Shown here piece by piece: positions 42,295 through 58,811 of a stretch of 64,000 nucleotides of DNA. The notes beneath the pieces are model-generated. The model was not told the DNA's origin. It saw only the letters and a program-made list of their open reading frames with translations, and made no database searches. The translations under genes and the position numbers were made by a program. How positions within the stretch are numbered: the first letter of the stretch is position 1; every line of letters starts with the position of its first letter. Origin of the DNA: Escherichia coli (lineage in GTDB: Bacteria; Pseudomonadota; Gammaproteobacteria; Enterobacterales; Enterobacteriaceae); the NCBI RefSeq assembly GCF_051903065.1, contig NZ_CP178438.1; one strand, written 5' to 3'.

Positions 42295-43056
42295 ATGTCC
42301 AAGTCTGATGTTTTTCATCTCGGCCTCACTAAAAACGATTTACAAGGGGCTACGCTTGCCATCGTCCCTGGCGACCCGGATCGTGTGGAAAAGATCGCCG
42401 CGCTGATGGATAAGCCGGTTAAGCTGGCATCTCACCGCGAATTCACTACCTGGCGTGCAGAGCTGGATGGTAAACCTGTTATCGTCTGCTCTACCGGTAT
42501 CGGCGGCCCGTCTACCTCTATTGCTGTTGAAGAGCTGGCACAGCTGGGCATTCGCACCTTCCTGCGTATCGGTACAACGGGCGCTATTCAGCCGCATATT
42601 AATGTGGGTGATGTCCTGGTTACCACGGCGTCTGTCCGTCTGGATGGCGCGAGCCTGCACTTCGCACCGCTGGAATTCCCGGCTGTCGCTGATTTCGAAT
42701 GTACGACTGCGCTGGTTGAAGCTGCGAAATCCATTGGCGCGACAACTCACGTTGGCGTGACAGCTTCTTCTGATACCTTCTACCCAGGTCAGGAACGTTA
42801 CGATACTTACTCTGGTCGCGTAGTTCGTCACTTTAAAGGTTCTATGGAAGAGTGGCAGGCGATGGGCGTAATGAACTATGAAATGGAATCTGCAACCCTG
42901 CTGACCATGTGTGCAAGTCAGGGCCTGCGTGCCGGTATGGTAGCGGGTGTTATCGTTAACCGCACCCAGCAAGAGATCCCGAATGCTGAGACGATGAAAC
43001 AAACTGAAAGCCAAGCGGTGAAAATCGTGGTGGAAGCGGCGCGTCGTCTGCTGTAA
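42295..43056 (+). CDS. udp: Uridine phosphorylase, 253 aa
   Basis: Start trimmed to [16 protein letters not shown]; PNP/UDP family. Confidence 0.9.
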   Translation: MSKSDVFHLGLTKNDLQGATLAIVPGDPDRVEKIAALMDKPVKLASHREFTTWRAELDGKPVIVCSTGIGGPSTSIAVEELAQLGIRTFLRIGTTGAIQPHINVGDVLVTTASVRLDGASLHFAPLEFPAVADFECTTALVEAAKSIGATTHVGVTASSDTFYPGQERYDTYSGRVVRHFKGSMEEWQAMGVMNYEMESATLLTMCASQGLRAGMVAGVIVNRTQQEIPNAETMKQTESQAVKIVVEAARRLL

Positions 43057-43073
43057 TTCTCTTCTCCTGTCTG

Positions 43074-43104
43074 AAGGCCGACGCGTTCGGCCTTTTGTAT
43101 TTTT
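43074..43104 (+). terminator. Rho-independent terminator after udp
   Basis: aaggccga cgcgt tcggcctt followed by TTGTATTTTT. Confidence 0.75.
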
Positions 43105-43196
43105 GCGTAGCGCCTCGCAGGAAATGCCTTTCCAACTGGACGTTTGTACAGCACAATTCTATTTTGTGCGGGTAAGTTGTTGCGTCAGGAGGCGTT

Positions 43197-44624
43197 GTGG
43201 ATTTCTCAATCATGGTTTACGCAGTTATTGCGTTGGTGGGTGTGGCAATTGGCTGGCTGTTTGCCAGTTATCAACATGCGCAGCAAAAAGCCGAGCAATT
43301 AGCTGAACGTGAAGAGATGGTCGCGGAGTTAAGCGCGGCAAAACAACAAATTACCCAAAGCGAGCACTGGCGTGCAGAGTGCGAGTTACTCAATAACGAA
43401 GTGCGCAGCCTGCAAAGTATTAACACCTCTCTGGAGGCCGATCTGCGTGAAGTAACCACGCGGATGGAAGCCGCACAGCAACATGCTGACGATAAAATTC
43501 GCCAGATGATTAACAGCGAGCAGCGCCTCAGTGAGCAGTTTGAAAACCTCGCCAACCGTATTTTTGAGCACAGCAATCGCCGGGTTGATGAGCAAAATCG
43601 TCAGAGTCTGAACAGCCTGTTGTCGCCGCTACGTGAACAACTGGACGGTTTCCGCCGTCAGGTTCAGGACAGCTTCGGTAAAGAAGCACAAGAACGCCAT
43701 ACCCTGACCCACGAAATTCGCAATCTCCAGCAACTCAACGCGCAAATGGCCCAGGAAGCGATCAACCTGACGCGCGCGCTGAAAGGCGACAATAAAACCC
43801 AGGGCAACTGGGGCGAGGTAGTATTGACGCGGGTGCTGGAGGCTTCCGGTCTGCGTGAAGGGTATGAATATGAAACCCAGGTCAGCATCGAAAATGACGC
43901 CCGCTCGCGGATGCAGCCGGATGTCATCGTGCGGCTGCCGCAGGGAAAAGATGTGGTGATCGACGCCAAAATGACGCTGGTCGCCTATGAACGCTATTTT
44001 AACGCCGAAGACGACTACACCCGCGAAAGCGCGCTACAGGAACATATCGCGTCGGTGCGTAACCATATCCGTTTGCTGGGACGCAAAGATTATCAACAGC
44101 TGCCGGGGCTGCGAACTCTGGATTACGTGCTGATGTTTATTCCCGTTGAACCCGCTTTTTTACTGGCGCTTGACCGCCAGCCGGAGCTGATCACCGAAGC
44201 GTTGAAAAACAATATCATGCTGGTTAGCCCGACTACGCTGCTGGTGGCGCTGCGCACTATCGCCAACCTGTGGCGTTATGAGCATCAAAGCCGCAACGCC
44301 CAGCAAATCGCTGATCGTGCCAGCAAGCTGTACGACAAGATGCGTTTGTTCGTCGATGACATGTCAGCGATTGGTCAAAGTCTCGACAAAGCGCAGGATA
44401 ACTACCGCCAGGCAATGAAAAAACTCTCTTCAGGTCGCGGAAATGTGCTGGCGCAGGCAGAAGCGTTTCGCGGTTTAGGAGTAGAAATTAAACGCGAGAT
44501 TAATCCGGATTTGGCTGAACAGGCGGTGAGCCAGGATGAAGAGTATCGACTTCGGTCGGTTCCGGAGCAGCCGAATGATGAAGCTTATCAACGCGATGAT
44601 GAATATAATCAGCAGTCGCGCTAG
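43197..44624 (+). CDS. rmuC: DNA recombination protein RmuC, 475 aa, GTG start
   Basis: GTG at 43197; N-terminal TM then long coiled-coil; C-terminal RmuC domain. Confidence 0.85.
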   Translation: MDFSIMVYAVIALVGVAIGWLFASYQHAQQKAEQLAEREEMVAELSAAKQQITQSEHWRAECELLNNEVRSLQSINTSLEADLREVTTRMEAAQQHADDKIRQMINSEQRLSEQFENLANRIFEHSNRRVDEQNRQSLNSLLSPLREQLDGFRRQVQDSFGKEAQERHTLTHEIRNLQQLNAQMAQEAINLTRALKGDNKTQGNWGEVVLTRVLEASGLREGYEYETQVSIENDARSRMQPDVIVRLPQGKDVVIDAKMTLVAYERYFNAEDDYTRESALQEHIASVRNHIRLLGRKDYQQLPGLRTLDYVLMFIPVEPAFLLALDRQPELITEALKNNIMLVSPTTLLVALRTIANLWRYEHQSRNAQQIADRASKLYDKMRLFVDDMSAIGQSLDKAQDNYRQAMKKLSSGRGNVLAQAEAFRGLGVEIKREINPDLAEQAVSQDEEYRLRSVPEQPNDEAYQRDDEYNQQSR

Positions 44625-44718
44625 CCCATTGGGAGTAGTTAAGCCGGGTAGAAATCTAGGGCATCGACGCCCAATCTGTTACACTTCTGGAACAATTTTT
44701 TGATGAGCAGGCATTGAG

Positions 44719-45474
44719 ATGGTGGATAAGTCACAAGAAACGACGCACTTTGGTTTTCAGACCGTCGCGAAGGAACAAAAAGCGGATATGGTCGCCCACG
44801 TTTTCCATTCCGTGGCATCAAAATACGATGTCATGAATGATTTGATGTCATTTGGTATTCATCGTTTGTGGAAGCGATTCACGATTGATTGCAGCGGCGT
44901 ACGCCGTGGGCAGACCGTGCTGGATCTGGCTGGTGGCACCGGCGACCTGACAGCGAAATTCTCCCGCCTGGTCGGAGAAACTGGCAAAGTGGTCCTTGCT
45001 GATATCAATGAATCCATGCTCAAAATGGGCCGCGAGAAGCTGCGTAATATCGGTGTGATTGGCAACGTTGAGTATGTTCAGGCGAACGCTGAGGCGCTGC
45101 CGTTCCCGGATAACACCTTTGATTGCATCACCATTTCGTTTGGTCTGCGTAACGTCACCGACAAAGATAAAGCACTGCGTTCAATGTATCGCGTGCTGAA
45201 ACCCGGCGGCCGCCTGCTGGTGCTTGAGTTCTCGAAGCCAATTATCGAGCCGCTGAGCAAAGCCTATGATGCATACTCCTTCCATGTGCTGCCGCGTATT
45301 GGCTCACTGGTCGCGAACGACGCCGACAGCTACCGTTATCTGGCAGAATCCATCCGTATGCATCCCGATCAGGATACCCTGAAAGCCATGATGCAGGATG
45401 CCGGATTCGAAAGTGTCGACTACTACAATCTGACGGCAGGGGTTGTGGCGCTGCATCGTGGTTATAAGTTCTGA
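44719..45474 (+). CDS. ubiE: Ubiquinone/menaquinone C-methyltransferase, 251 aa
   Basis: SAM-binding motif ([11 protein letters not shown]); first gene of ubiE-ubiJ-ubiB. Confidence 0.9.
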
Positions 45475-45487
45475 CAGGAGACCGGAA

Positions 45488-47730
<2,243 letters not shown>

Positions 47731-47808
47731 TTTTTTCATCGCTCAAGGCGGGCCGTGTAACGTATAATGCGGCTTTGTTTAATCATCATCTACCACAGAG
47801 GAACATGT

Positions 47809-48078
47809 ATGGGTGGTATCAGTATTTGGCAGTTATTGATTATTGCCGTCATCGTTGTACTGCTTTTTGGCACCAAAAAGCTCGGCTCCATCGGTTCCGA
47901 TCTTGGTGCGTCGATCAAAGGCTTTAAAAAAGCAATGAGCGATGATGAACCAAAGCAGGATAAAACCAGTCAGGATGCTGATTTTACTGCGAAAACTATC
48001 GCCGATAAGCAGGCGGATACGAATCAGGAACAGGCTAAAACAGAAGACGCGAAGCGCCACGATAAAGAGCAGGTGTAA
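47809..48078 (+). CDS. tatA: Twin-arginine translocase subunit TatA, 89 aa
   Basis: Start trimmed to [33 protein letters not shown]; AGAGGA RBS upstream. Confidence 0.9.
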   Translation: MGGISIWQLLIIAVIVVLLFGTKKLGSIGSDLGASIKGFKKAMSDDEPKQDKTSQDADFTAKTIADKQADTNQEQAKTEDAKRHDKEQV

Positions 48079-48081
48079 TCC

Positions 48082-48597
48082 GTGTTTGATATCGGTTTTA
48101 GCGAACTGCTATTGGTGTTCATCATCGGCCTCGTCGTTCTGGGGCCGCAACGACTGCCTGTGGCGGTAAAAACGGTAGCGGGCTGGATTCGCGCGTTGCG
48201 TTCACTGGCGACAACGGTGCAGAACGAACTGACCCAGGAGTTAAAACTCCAGGAGTTTCAGGACAGTCTGAAAAAGGTTGAAAAGGCGAGCCTCACTAAC
48301 CTGACGCCCGAACTGAAAGCGTCGATGGATGAACTACGCCAGGCCGCGGAGTCGATGAAGCGTTCCTACGTTGCAAACGATCCTGAAAAGGCGAGCGATG
48401 AAGCGCACACCATCCATAACCCGGTGGTGAAAGATAATGAAGCTGCGCATGAGGGCGTAACGCCTGCCGCTGCACAAACGCAGGCCAGTTCGCCGGAACA
48501 GAAGCCAGAAACCACGCCAGAGCCGGTGGTAAAACCTGCTGCGGACGCTGAACCGAAAACCGCTGCACCTTCCCCTTCGTCGAGTGATAAACCGTAA
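48082..48597 (+). CDS. tatB: Twin-arginine translocase subunit TatB, 171 aa, GTG start
   Basis: GTG at 48082; [26 protein letters not shown]. Confidence 0.9.
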
Positions 48598-48599
48598 AC

Positions 48600-49376
48600 A
48601 TGTCTGTAGAAGATACTCAACCGCTTATCACGCATCTGATTGAGCTGCGTAAGCGTCTGCTGAACTGCATTATCGCGGTGATCGTGATATTCCTGTGTCT
48701 GGTCTATTTCGCCAATGACATCTATCACCTGGTATCCGCGCCATTGATCAAGCAGTTGCCGCAAGGTTCAACGATGATTGCCACCGACGTGGCCTCGCCG
48801 TTCTTTACGCCGATCAAGCTGACCTTTATGGTGTCGCTGATTCTGTCAGCGCCGGTGATTCTCTATCAGGTGTGGGCATTTATCGCCCCAGCGCTGTATA
48901 AGCATGAACGTCGCCTGGTGGTGCCGCTGCTGGTTTCCAGCTCTCTGCTTTTTTATATCGGCATGGCGTTCGCCTACTTTGTGGTCTTTCCGCTGGCATT
49001 TGGCTTCCTTGCCAATACCGCGCCGGAAGGGGTACAGGTATCCACCGACATCGCCAGTTATTTAAGCTTCGTTATGGCGTTGTTTATGGCGTTTGGTGTC
49101 TCCTTTGAAGTGCCTGTGGCAATAGTGCTGCTGTGCTGGATGGGGATTACCTCGCCAGAAGACTTACGCAAAAAACGCCCGTATGTGCTGGTTGGTGCAT
49201 TCGTTGTCGGGATGTTGCTGACGCCGCCGGATGTCTTCTCGCAAACGCTGTTGGCGATCCCGATGTACTGTCTGTTTGAAATCGGTGTCTTCTTCTCACG
49301 CTTTTACGTTGGTAAAGGGCGAAATCGGGAAGAGGAAAACGACGCTGAAGCAGAAAGCGAAAAAACTGAAGAATAA
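48600..49376 (+). CDS. tatC: Twin-arginine translocase subunit TatC, 258 aa
   Basis: 6-TM protein immediately after tatB. Confidence 0.9.
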
Positions 49377-49417
49377 ATTCAACCGCCCGTCAGGGCGGTT
49401 GTCATATGGAGTACAGG

Positions 49418-50730
<1,313 letters not shown>

Positions 50731-50851
50731 TTACGCTAAGTTAATTATATTCCCCGGTTTGCGTTATACCGTCAGAGTTCACGCTAATTTAACAAATTTA
50801 CAGCATCGCAAAGATGAACGCCGTATAATGGGCGCAGATTAAGAGGCTACA

Positions 50852-52345
50852 ATGGACGCCATGAAATATAACGATTTACGCGACTTCTTGACGCTGCTTG
50901 AACAGCAGGGTGAGCTAAAACGTATCACGCTCCCGGTGGATCCGCATCTGGAAATCACTGAAATTGCTGACCGCACTTTGCGTGCCGGTGGGCCTGCGCT
51001 GTTATTCGAAAACCCTAAAGGCTACTCAATGCCGGTGCTGTGCAATCTGTTCGGTACGCCAAAGCGCGTGGCGATGGGCATGGGGCAGGAAGATGTTTCG
51101 GCGCTGCGTGAAGTTGGTAAATTATTGGCGTTTCTGAAAGAGCCGGAGCCGCCAAAAGGTTTCCGCGACCTGTTTGATAAACTGCCGCAGTTTAAGCAAG
51201 TATTGAACATGCCGACAAAGCGGCTGCGCGGTGCGCCTTGCCAACAAAAAATCGTCTCTGGCGATGACGTCGATCTCAATCGCATTCCCATTATGACCTG
51301 CTGGCCGGAAGATGCCGCGCCGCTGATTACCTGGGGGCTGACCGTAACGCGCGGCCCGCATAAAGAGCGGCAGAATCTGGGCATTTATCGCCAGCAGCTG
51401 ATTGGTAAAAACAAACTGATTATGCGCTGGCTGTCGCATCGCGGCGGCGCGCTGGATTATCAGGAGTGGTGTGCGGCGCATCCGGGCGAACGTTTCCCGG
51501 TTTCTGTGGCGCTGGGTGCCGATCCCGCCACGATTCTCGGTGCAGTCACTCCCGTTCCGGATACGCTTTCAGAGTATGCGTTTGCCGGATTGCTACGCGG
51601 CACCAAAACCGAAGTAGTAAAGTGTATCTCCAATGACCTTGAAGTGCCCGCCAGTGCGGAGATTGTGCTGGAAGGGTATATCGAACAAGGCGAAACTGCG
51701 CCGGAAGGGCCGTATGGCGACCACACCGGTTACTATAATGAAGTCGATAGTTTCCCGGTATTTACCGTGACGCATATTACCCAGCGTGAAGATGCGATTT
51801 ACCATTCCACCTATACCGGGCGTCCGCCAGATGAGCCCGCGGTACTGGGCGTGGCGTTGAACGAAGTGTTCGTGCCGATTCTGCAAAAACAGTTCCCGGA
51901 AATTGTCGATTTTTACCTGCCGCCGGAAGGCTGTTCTTATCGTCTGGCGGTAGTGACAATCAAAAAACAGTACGCCGGACACGCGAAGCGCGTCATGATG
52001 GGCGTCTGGTCGTTCTTACGCCAGTTTATGTACACTAAATTTGTGATCGTTTGCGATGATGACGTCAACGCACGCGACTGGAACGATGTGATTTGGGCGA
52101 TTACCACCCGTATGGACCCGGCGCGGGATACTGTTCTGGTAGAAAATACGCCTATTGATTATCTGGATTTTGCCTCGCCTGTCTCCGGGCTGGGTTCAAA
52201 AATGGGGCTGGATGCCACGAATAAATGGCCGGGGGAAACCCAGCGTGAATGGGGACGTCCCATCAAAAAAGATCCAGATGTTGTCGCGCATATTGACGCC
52301 ATCTGGGATGAACTGGCTATTTTTAACAACGGTAAAAGCGCCTGA
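50852..52345 (+). CDS. ubiD: 3-octaprenyl-4-hydroxybenzoate decarboxylase UbiD, 497 aa
   Basis: Length and sequence match; upstream of fre. Confidence 0.9.
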   Translation: MDAMKYNDLRDFLTLLEQQGELKRITLPVDPHLEITEIADRTLRAGGPALLFENPKGYSMPVLCNLFGTPKRVAMGMGQEDVSALREVGKLLAFLKEPEPPKGFRDLFDKLPQFKQVLNMPTKRLRGAPCQQKIVSGDDVDLNRIPIMTCWPEDAAPLITWGLTVTRGPHKERQNLGIYRQQLIGKNKLIMRWLSHRGGALDYQEWCAAHPGERFPVSVALGADPATILGAVTPVPDTLSEYAFAGLLRGTKTEVVKCISNDLEVPASAEIVLEGYIEQGETAPEGPYGDHTGYYNEVDSFPVFTVTHITQREDAIYHSTYTGRPPDEPAVLGVALNEVFVPILQKQFPEIVDFYLPPEGCSYRLAVVTIKKQYAGHAKRVMMGVWSFLRQFMYTKFVIVCDDDVNARDWNDVIWAITTRMDPARDTVLVENTPIDYLDFASPVSGLGSKMGLDATNKWPGETQREWGRPIKKDPDVVAHIDAIWDELAIFNNGKSA

Positions 52346-52390
52346 TGCGCGTTTGTTTTGCCCTATTTATCGATCCGACAGAGAAAGCGC

Positions 52391-53092
52391 ATGACAACCT
52401 TAAGCTGTAAAGTGACCTCGGTAGAAGCTATCACGGATACCGTATATCGTGTCCGCATCGTGCCAGACGCGGCCTTTTCTTTTCGTGCTGGTCAGTATTT
52501 GATGGTAGTGATGGATGAGCGCGACAAACGTCCGTTCTCAATGGCCTCGACGCCGGATGAAAAAGGGTTTATCGAGCTGCATATTGGCGCTTCTGAAATC
52601 AACCTTTACGCGAAAGCAGTCATGGACCGCATCCTCAAAGATCATCAAATCGTGGTCGATATTCCCCACGGAGAAGCGTGGCTGCGCGATGATGAAGAGC
52701 GTCCGATGATTTTGATTGCGGGCGGCACCGGGTTCTCTTATGCCCGCTCGATTTTGCTGACAGCGTTGGCGCGTAACCCAAACCGTGATATCACCATTTA
52801 CTGGGGCGGGCGTGAAGAGCAGCATCTGTATGATCTCTGCGAGCTTGAGGCGCTTTCGTTGAAGCATCCTGGTCTGCAAGTGGTGCCGGTGGTTGAACAA
52901 CCGGAAGCGGGCTGGCGTGGGCGTACTGGCACCGTGTTAACGGCGGTATTGCAGGATCACGGTACGCTGGCAGAGCATGATATCTATATTGCCGGACGTT
53001 TTGAGATGGCGAAAATTGCCCGTGACCTGTTTTGCAGTGAGCGTAATGCGCGGGAAGATCGCCTGTTTGGCGATGCGTTTGCATTTATCTGA
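52391..53092 (+). CDS. fre: NAD(P)H-flavin reductase, 233 aa
   Basis: Start trimmed to [20 protein letters not shown]; RPFS flavin-binding motif. Confidence 0.9.
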
Positions 53093-53103
53093 GATATAAA
53101 AAA

Positions 53104-53122
53104 ACCCGCCCCTGACAGGCGG
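53104..53122 (-). terminator. Rho-independent terminator of the fadBA operon (minus strand)
   Basis: On the minus strand: cccgcc tgtcagg ggcggg followed by TTTTTTT. Confidence 0.65.
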
Positions 53123-53170
53123 GAAGAACGGCAACTAAAACTTTATTCAGTGGCATTTAGATCTATGTCG

Positions 53171-53270
53171 CATCCGGCACACGATGCCTGATGCGACGCT
53201 GGCGCTTCTTATCAGGCCTACATTGGTGCCGGATCGGTAGACCGGATAAGGCGTCACGCCGCATCCGGCA
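53171..53270. repeat. REP/BIME cluster downstream of fadA
   Basis: gcatccggcac...cttatcaggcctac and gccggatcggtagaccggataaggcgtcacgccgcatccggca. Confidence 0.75.
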
Positions 53271-53275
53271 AGTGG

Positions 53276-54448
<1,173 letters not shown>

Positions 54449-56638
54449 TTAAGCCGTTTTCAGGTCGCCAACCGGACGGGCTGGCTCAACCGGGGGATAG
54501 TACGGTTCGTTATGACGCGCTTTATTACGCAGACCTTCCGGCACTTCGTACAGCGGGCCGAGGTGCTGATATTGCTGTGCCATATCGAGGTATTTCGCGC
54601 TGCCGAGGGTGTCCAGCCAGCGGAACGCGCCGCCGTGGAACGGAGGGAAGCCCAGGCCGTAGACCAGCGCCATATCCGCTTCTGCCGGAGTGGCGATAAT
54701 GCCTTCTTCCAGACAACGCACCACTTCGTTGACCATCGGGATCATCATGCGGGCGATAATCTCTTCTTCGCTGAAATCGCGCTTCGGCTGGCTCACTTCT
54801 ACTAGCAGGTCGTCAACAGCGGCGTCTTCTTCTTTCTTCGGCTTACCTTTGCTGTCTTCTTTATAACGCCAGAAACCGAGGCCGTTCTTCTGACCAAATC
54901 GGTTGGCATCAAACAGCGCGTCGATGGCATCGCGATAATCTTTCTGCATCCGCTGCGGGAAGCCTGCTGCCATCACCGCCTGGGCGTGATGCGCGGTGTC
55001 AATGCCCACAACGTCCAGCAGATATGCCGGACCCATAGGCCAGCCAAACTGTTTTTCCATCACTTTGTCGATCTTGCGGAAATCCGCGCCGTCGCGCAGC
55101 AACTGGCTGAAACCGGCGAAATACGGGAACAGCACGCGGTTGACGAAGAAGCCGGGGCAATCGTTAACCACAATCGGCGTTTTACCCATCTTGCTCGCCC
55201 AGGCGACGACTTTCGCAATAGTTTCGTCGGAGCTTTTCTCGCCGCGAATAATTTCCACCAACGGCATTCGGTGGACCGGGTTAAAGAAGTGCATCCCGCA
55301 GAAGTTTTCCGGACGTTCCAGCGCGTTGGCCAGTTCGCTGATAGGAATGGTTGAAGTGTTAGACGCCAGCACGGTATCCGGGCGTACTTTCTGCTCGGTT
55401 TCTGCCAGTACGGCTTTTTTCACTTTCGGGTTTTCGACAACCGCTTCTACCACAACATCCACGCGGTCAAACCCGGCGTAGTCGAGCGTTGGGTGGATTG
55501 TAGAGATCACGCCAGCCAGTTTCAGACCATCGATCTTGCCGCGCTCAAGCTGCTTGTTCAGCAGTTTCGCGGCTTCGGTCATGCCGAGGGTTAACGACTT
55601 GTCGTTGATATCTTTCATGACAACCGGCACGCCTTTCCACGCAGACTGGTAAGCGATGCCGCCGCCCATAATGCCTGCGCCCAGCACAGCGGCCTGTTTC
55701 GGGGTTTCAACGTCTTTGGTGAGTTTCTTCGCTTTGCCTTTTACATATTGATCGTTAAGGAATATGCCGACCAGTGCGCGAGCTTCGTTGGTATGCGCCA
55801 GCGGGACAAAACTTTTGTTTTCCAGGTTTAGGGCTTCTTCACGACCAAAACGGGCCGCAGCTTCAATGGTTTTTACTGCGGTGATGGGGGCCGGATAATG
55901 TTTCCCCGCCGTTTGTGCGACCATCCCTTTAGCGATGGTGAAGCTCATGGTAGCTTCAATCTTGCTCAGTTTTAGCGGTTCCAGCTTCGGCTGACGTTTC
56001 GCTTTCCAGTCGAGGTCGCCGTTAATGGCCTGGCGTAAAATCGCCATCGCCCCTTCAATCAGTTTTTCTGCTTTGACTACGCCATCCACCAGACCGATTT
56101 TCAGCGCCTGATCCGCGCCGACATCTTTACCGGCGGCAATGATTTCCAGCGCACTGTCAGCGCCCAGCATACGTGGCATACGTACAGAACCGCCAAAGCC
56201 CGGCATGATGCCCAGTTTGGTTTCCGGCAGACCGATGCGCAGATCTGGCGTCGCCAGACGATAATCGGTCGCCAGCACGCATTCACAGCCACCGCCCAGA
56301 GCGTAACCGTTAACCGCAGCAATGGTCGGCACCGGCAGATCTTCCAGGCGATTAAACACGCTATTGGCAAAGTGCAGCCACTGACTTAACTGTTCTTCAG
56401 GAACGAGGAACAGGGACAAAAATTCGGTGATATCAGCACCGACGATAAAGGCTGCTTTGTTCGAACGCAGCAGCAGCCCTTTTAGATCTGATTGCTGTTC
56501 CAGCACGCCGATGGCCTCGCCGAGGCTGGCGACGGTCGCAGTGTCGAGTTTATTAACTGAACCTGGGGCATCAAATACCAGTTCGGCAATGCCATCTTCC
56601 AGCCAGTCAAGGTACAGGGTGTCGCCTTTGTAAAGCAT
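54449..56638 (-). CDS. fadB: Fatty-acid oxidation complex alpha subunit (enoyl-CoA hydratase/3-hydroxyacyl-CoA dehydrogenase), 729 aa
   Basis: Start trimmed to ATG at 56638 ([16 protein letters not shown]) with AGGAG RBS; the track ORF extends 42 codons upstream across the FadR operator. Confidence 0.9.
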   Translation of the reverse strand: MLYKGDTLYLDWLEDGIAELVFDAPGSVNKLDTATVASLGEAIGVLEQQSDLKGLLLRSNKAAFIVGADITEFLSLFLVPEEQLSQWLHFANSVFNRLEDLPVPTIAAVNGYALGGGCECVLATDYRLATPDLRIGLPETKLGIMPGFGGSVRMPRMLGADSALEIIAAGKDVGADQALKIGLVDGVVKAEKLIEGAMAILRQAINGDLDWKAKRQPKLEPLKLSKIEATMSFTIAKGMVAQTAGKHYPAPITAVKTIEAAARFGREEALNLENKSFVPLAHTNEARALVGIFLNDQYVKGKAKKLTKDVETPKQAAVLGAGIMGGGIAYQSAWKGVPVVMKDINDKSLTLGMTEAAKLLNKQLERGKIDGLKLAGVISTIHPTLDYAGFDRVDVVVEAVVENPKVKKAVLAETEQKVRPDTVLASNTSTIPISELANALERPENFCGMHFFNPVHRMPLVEIIRGEKSSDETIAKVVAWASKMGKTPIVVNDCPGFFVNRVLFPYFAGFSQLLRDGADFRKIDKVMEKQFGWPMGPAYLLDVVGIDTAHHAQAVMAAGFPQRMQKDYRDAIDALFDANRFGQKNGLGFWRYKEDSKGKPKKEEDAAVDDLLVEVSQPKRDFSEEEIIARMMIPMVNEVVRCLEEGIIATPAEADMALVYGLGFPPFHGGAFRWLDTLGSAKYLDMAQQYQHLGPLYEVPEGLRNKARHNEPYYPPVEPARPVGDLKTA

Positions 56639-56663
56639 GTCAGTCTCCTGAATCCGCAAGGTG

Positions 56664-56680
56664 ATCTGGTCGTACCAGAT
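56664..56680. promoter_or_regulatory. FadR operator of the fadBA promoter
   Basis: Palindrome atctggtcgtaccagat, which matches the fadB FadR operator ATCTGGTACGACCAGAT as I recall it (reverse complement), 26 bp upstream of the fadB start. Confidence 0.7.
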
Positions 56681-56827
56681 GAGTCGAAGTGTGTATTTTG
56701 TGTTAAAAATATGCAAATAAAAGATTAAAGAAATGCCAATCTGATCACGCTCGGCAGAAATCACGCTCTGGATGAACGATGTGCTAAGATGCGGAGACTT
56801 AAGGTCAAAAAAACAGAAGGGTAAAAA

Positions 56828-58159
56828 ATGGAATCACTGGCCTCGCTTTATAAAAATCATATAGTTACCTTACAGGAACGGACTCGCGATGCGCTGGCGC
56901 GCTTCAAGCTGGATGCGTTACTTATTCACTCCGGCGAACTGTTCAACGTTTTTCTCGACGATCATCCCTATCCGTTTAAAGTGAACCCGCAATTCAAAGC
57001 GTGGGTGCCGGTAACTCAGGTACCAAACTGCTGGTTGCTGGTGGATGGCGTGAACAAGCCGAAACTGTGGTTTTATCTGCCGGTTGATTACTGGCACAAC
57101 GTCGAACCGCTGCCGACCTCCTTCTGGACTGAAGATGTAGAAGTGATCGCGCTGCCGAAAGCCGATGGCATTGGTAGCCTGCTGCCTGCTGCGCGCGGCA
57201 ATATCGGTTATATCGGTCCGGTGCCGGAACGTGCGCTGCAACTGGGTATTGAGGCCAGCAATATCAACCCGAAAGGGGTTATCGACTACCTGCATTACTA
57301 CCGCTCCTTCAAAACCGAGTACGAACTGGCCTGTATGCGTGAAGCGCAGAAAATGGCGGTCAACGGTCATCGCGCGGCAGAAGAAGCGTTCCGTTCTGGC
57401 ATGAGCGAGTTCGATATCAACATTGCCTATCTGACCGCGACCGGTCATCGTGATACCGACGTACCTTACAGCAACATTGTGGCACTCAACGAACACGCTG
57501 CGGTGCTGCATTACACCAAACTGGATCATCAGGCGCCGGAAGAGATGCGCAGCTTCCTGCTGGATGCCGGGGCCGAATATAACGGCTATGCCGCTGACCT
57601 GACCCGTACCTGGTCGGCAAAAAGTGACAACGATTACGCACAGCTGGTGAAAGACGTAAATGATGAACAACTGGCGCTGATCGCGACCATGAAAGCTGGC
57701 GTTAGCTATGTGGATTACCACATCCAGTTCCATCAGCGCATCGCCAAATTGCTGCGTAAACATCAAATCATCACCGATATGAGTGAAGAAGCGATGGTCG
57801 AAAACGATCTCACCGGACCGTTTATGCCGCACGGTATCGGCCATCCGCTGGGCCTGCAGGTGCATGACGTCGCCGGTTTTATGCAGGATGATAGCGGTAC
57901 GCACCTCGCGGCACCGGCAAAATATCCGTACCTGCGCTGCACCCGTATTCTCCAGCCGGGCATGGTGTTAACCATCGAACCGGGTATCTACTTCATTGAA
58001 TCGCTACTGGCACCGTGGCGTGAAGGGCAGTTCAGCAAGCACTTCAACTGGCAGAAAATTGAAGCACTGAAACCGTTCGGCGGCATTCGTATCGAAGACA
58101 ACGTGGTGATCCACGAAAATAACGTGGAAAACATGACCCGGGATCTGAAACTGGCGTGA
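56828..58159 (+). CDS. pepQ: Xaa-Pro dipeptidase (prolidase), 443 aa
   Basis: M24 metallopeptidase metal-ligand motifs; length matches. Confidence 0.9.
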   Translation: MESLASLYKNHIVTLQERTRDALARFKLDALLIHSGELFNVFLDDHPYPFKVNPQFKAWVPVTQVPNCWLLVDGVNKPKLWFYLPVDYWHNVEPLPTSFWTEDVEVIALPKADGIGSLLPAARGNIGYIGPVPERALQLGIEASNINPKGVIDYLHYYRSFKTEYELACMREAQKMAVNGHRAAEEAFRSGMSEFDINIAYLTATGHRDTDVPYSNIVALNEHAAVLHYTKLDHQAPEEMRSFLLDAGAEYNGYAADLTRTWSAKSDNDYAQLVKDVNDEQLALIATMKAGVSYVDYHIQFHQRIAKLLRKHQIITDMSEEAMVENDLTGPFMPHGIGHPLGLQVHDVAGFMQDDSGTHLAAPAKYPYLRCTRILQPGMVLTIEPGIYFIESLLAPWREGQFSKHFNWQKIEALKPFGGIRIEDNVVIHENNVENMTRDLKLA

Positions 58160-58773
58160 TGGAAAGCTGGTTAATTCCTGCGGCACCGGTCACGGTCGTT
58201 GAAGAGATCAAAAAAAGCCGCTTCATAACGATGTTGGCGCATACCGATGGCGTTGAGGCGGCGAAAGCGTTTGTTGAATCGGTGCGGGCAGAACACCCCG
58301 ATGCCCGCCACCATTGCGTGGCGTGGGTGGCGGGTGCGCCGGATGATTCTCAACAGCTGGGTTTCTCTGACGACGGGGAGCCGGCGGGAACGGCAGGTAA
58401 ACCGATGCTCGCCCAGCTAATGGGCAGCGGCGTTGGGGAAATTACCGCTGTGGTGGTGCGCTACTACGGCGGCATATTGCTTGGCACCGGTGGGTTAGTG
58501 AAAGCGTATGGCGGCGGCGTGAATCAGGCGCTGCGGCAGCTAACGACCCAACGCAAGACGCCATTAACCGAATATACTTTGCAATGTGAATATAGTCAGT
58601 TAACCGGCATTGAAGCGTTGCTGGGGCAGTGTGACGGCAAAATTATCAACAGTGATTATCAGGCATTCGTTCTGCTGCGGGTGGCGCTTCCGGCGGCGAA
58701 AGTGGCTGAATTTTCCGCAAAGCTGGCGGATTTTAGCCGTGGTTCATTGCAATTGTTAGCGATTGAAGAATAA
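58159..58773 (+). CDS. yigZ: IMPACT-family protein YigZ, 204 aa
   Basis: Start trimmed by one codon to [10 protein letters not shown]; overlaps the pepQ stop. Confidence 0.8.
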   Translation: MESWLIPAAPVTVVEEIKKSRFITMLAHTDGVEAAKAFVESVRAEHPDARHHCVAWVAGAPDDSQQLGFSDDGEPAGTAGKPMLAQLMGSGVGEITAVVVRYYGGILLGTGGLVKAYGGGVNQALRQLTTQRKTPLTEYTLQCEYSQLTGIEALLGQCDGKIINSDYQAFVLLRVALPAAKVAEFSAKLADFSRGSLQLLAIEE

Positions 58774-58811
58774 TCCCCACTTCGTTTTGCAGAACTAAGG
58801 AAGCGGCAGAG

